From IMG/VR virus record IMGVR_UViG_3300000228_000007: a stretch of 64,000 bases of DNA. The stretch is one strand, 5' to 3'. Numbering within the stretch: position 1 is the first letter of the stretch; every line of letters begins with the position of its first letter. The stretch comes from a virus (Duplodnaviria; Heunggongvirae; Uroviricota; Caudoviricetes). The notes beneath the pieces were generated by a model, which did not search any database, was not told the DNA's origin, and saw only the letters and a list, made by a program, of their open reading frames with translations. Of the stretch, positions 63,955-64,000 are shown piece after piece. A program made the translations under genes and the position numbers.

Positions 63955-64000
63955 TATGGAAATAACAATTACTGATTGACATTCTGAACCTACTGAAAAA
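63955..64000 (+). CDS. hypothetical protein, 3'-truncated by window edge
   Basis: ATG 63955 (MEITITDGHSEPTEK...) runs off the window. Confidence 0.25.

Noticed and set aside
1-64000. Mycoplasma/Spiroplasma code 4 (TGA=Trp) as the explanation for abundant in-frame TGA
   Set aside because: TGA aligns with invariant glycines in the Tmk, UvrD, TopA, HsdM, CHAP and Thg1 motifs. It occurs at ~5% of codons, far too high for Trp, and TGG is used separately for Trp.
1-64000. CRISPR arrays, rRNA or tRNA genes
   Set aside because: No regularly spaced direct repeats and no GC-rich structured RNA-like islands were found on manual scanning. The only tandem repeat (2047-2105) is coding.

Overview
This 64-kb window is very AT-rich, and standard-code translation gives only short ORF fragments because in-frame TGA is abundant. 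Reading TGA as a sense codon restores long genes. TGA falls repeatedly on invariant catalytic glycines, not tryptophans: the thymidylate kinase P-loop EGIDGSGK has all three Gly as TGA, UvrD motifs I and III, the TopA LYEaGyITYxRTD motif, the HsdM DxxCGSG motif, the CHAP GxC motif, and Thg1 RLDGHGF. I therefore read the window with translation table 25 (TGA = Gly), the code of Gracilibacteria / Absconditabacteria (SR1)-type candidate phyla radiation (CPR) bacteria or their mobile elements, and not with Mycoplasma code 4. All coordinates were derived by hand and may be off by a few nucleotides. Under this reading the window is gene dense on both strands. Recognisable genes are two MscS-like channels, a DnaQ-like exonuclease, tmk, an FtsK-like ATPase fused to tandem RusA-like domains, two metallophosphoesterases, an SPFH protein, a single ~3,760-aa secreted giant protein, a UvrD/PcrA helicase, topA with zinc ribbons, a secreted CHAP peptidase, a RecX-like protein, dnaG, a YpsA-like SLOG protein, an AAA-ATPase/PD-(D/E)xK protein, a Thg1-like protein, and a Ro60/Rsr ortholog next to a structured noncoding region (candidate Y-RNA-like). 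DNA methylation is strongly represented: three Dam/D12-family adenine methyltransferases, one of them interrupted by an in-frame TAA, plus a single-polypeptide restriction-modification (RM) like enzyme with an HsdM-like gamma-methyltransferase core and an HsdS-like target recognition domain (TRD). Next to that enzyme lies a compact accessory island (hypothetical, P-loop NTPase, minimal nucleotidyltransferase, internally duplicated protein) that is the best candidate here for an undescribed defense or RNA-repair system. No rRNA, tRNA or CRISPR array was found.
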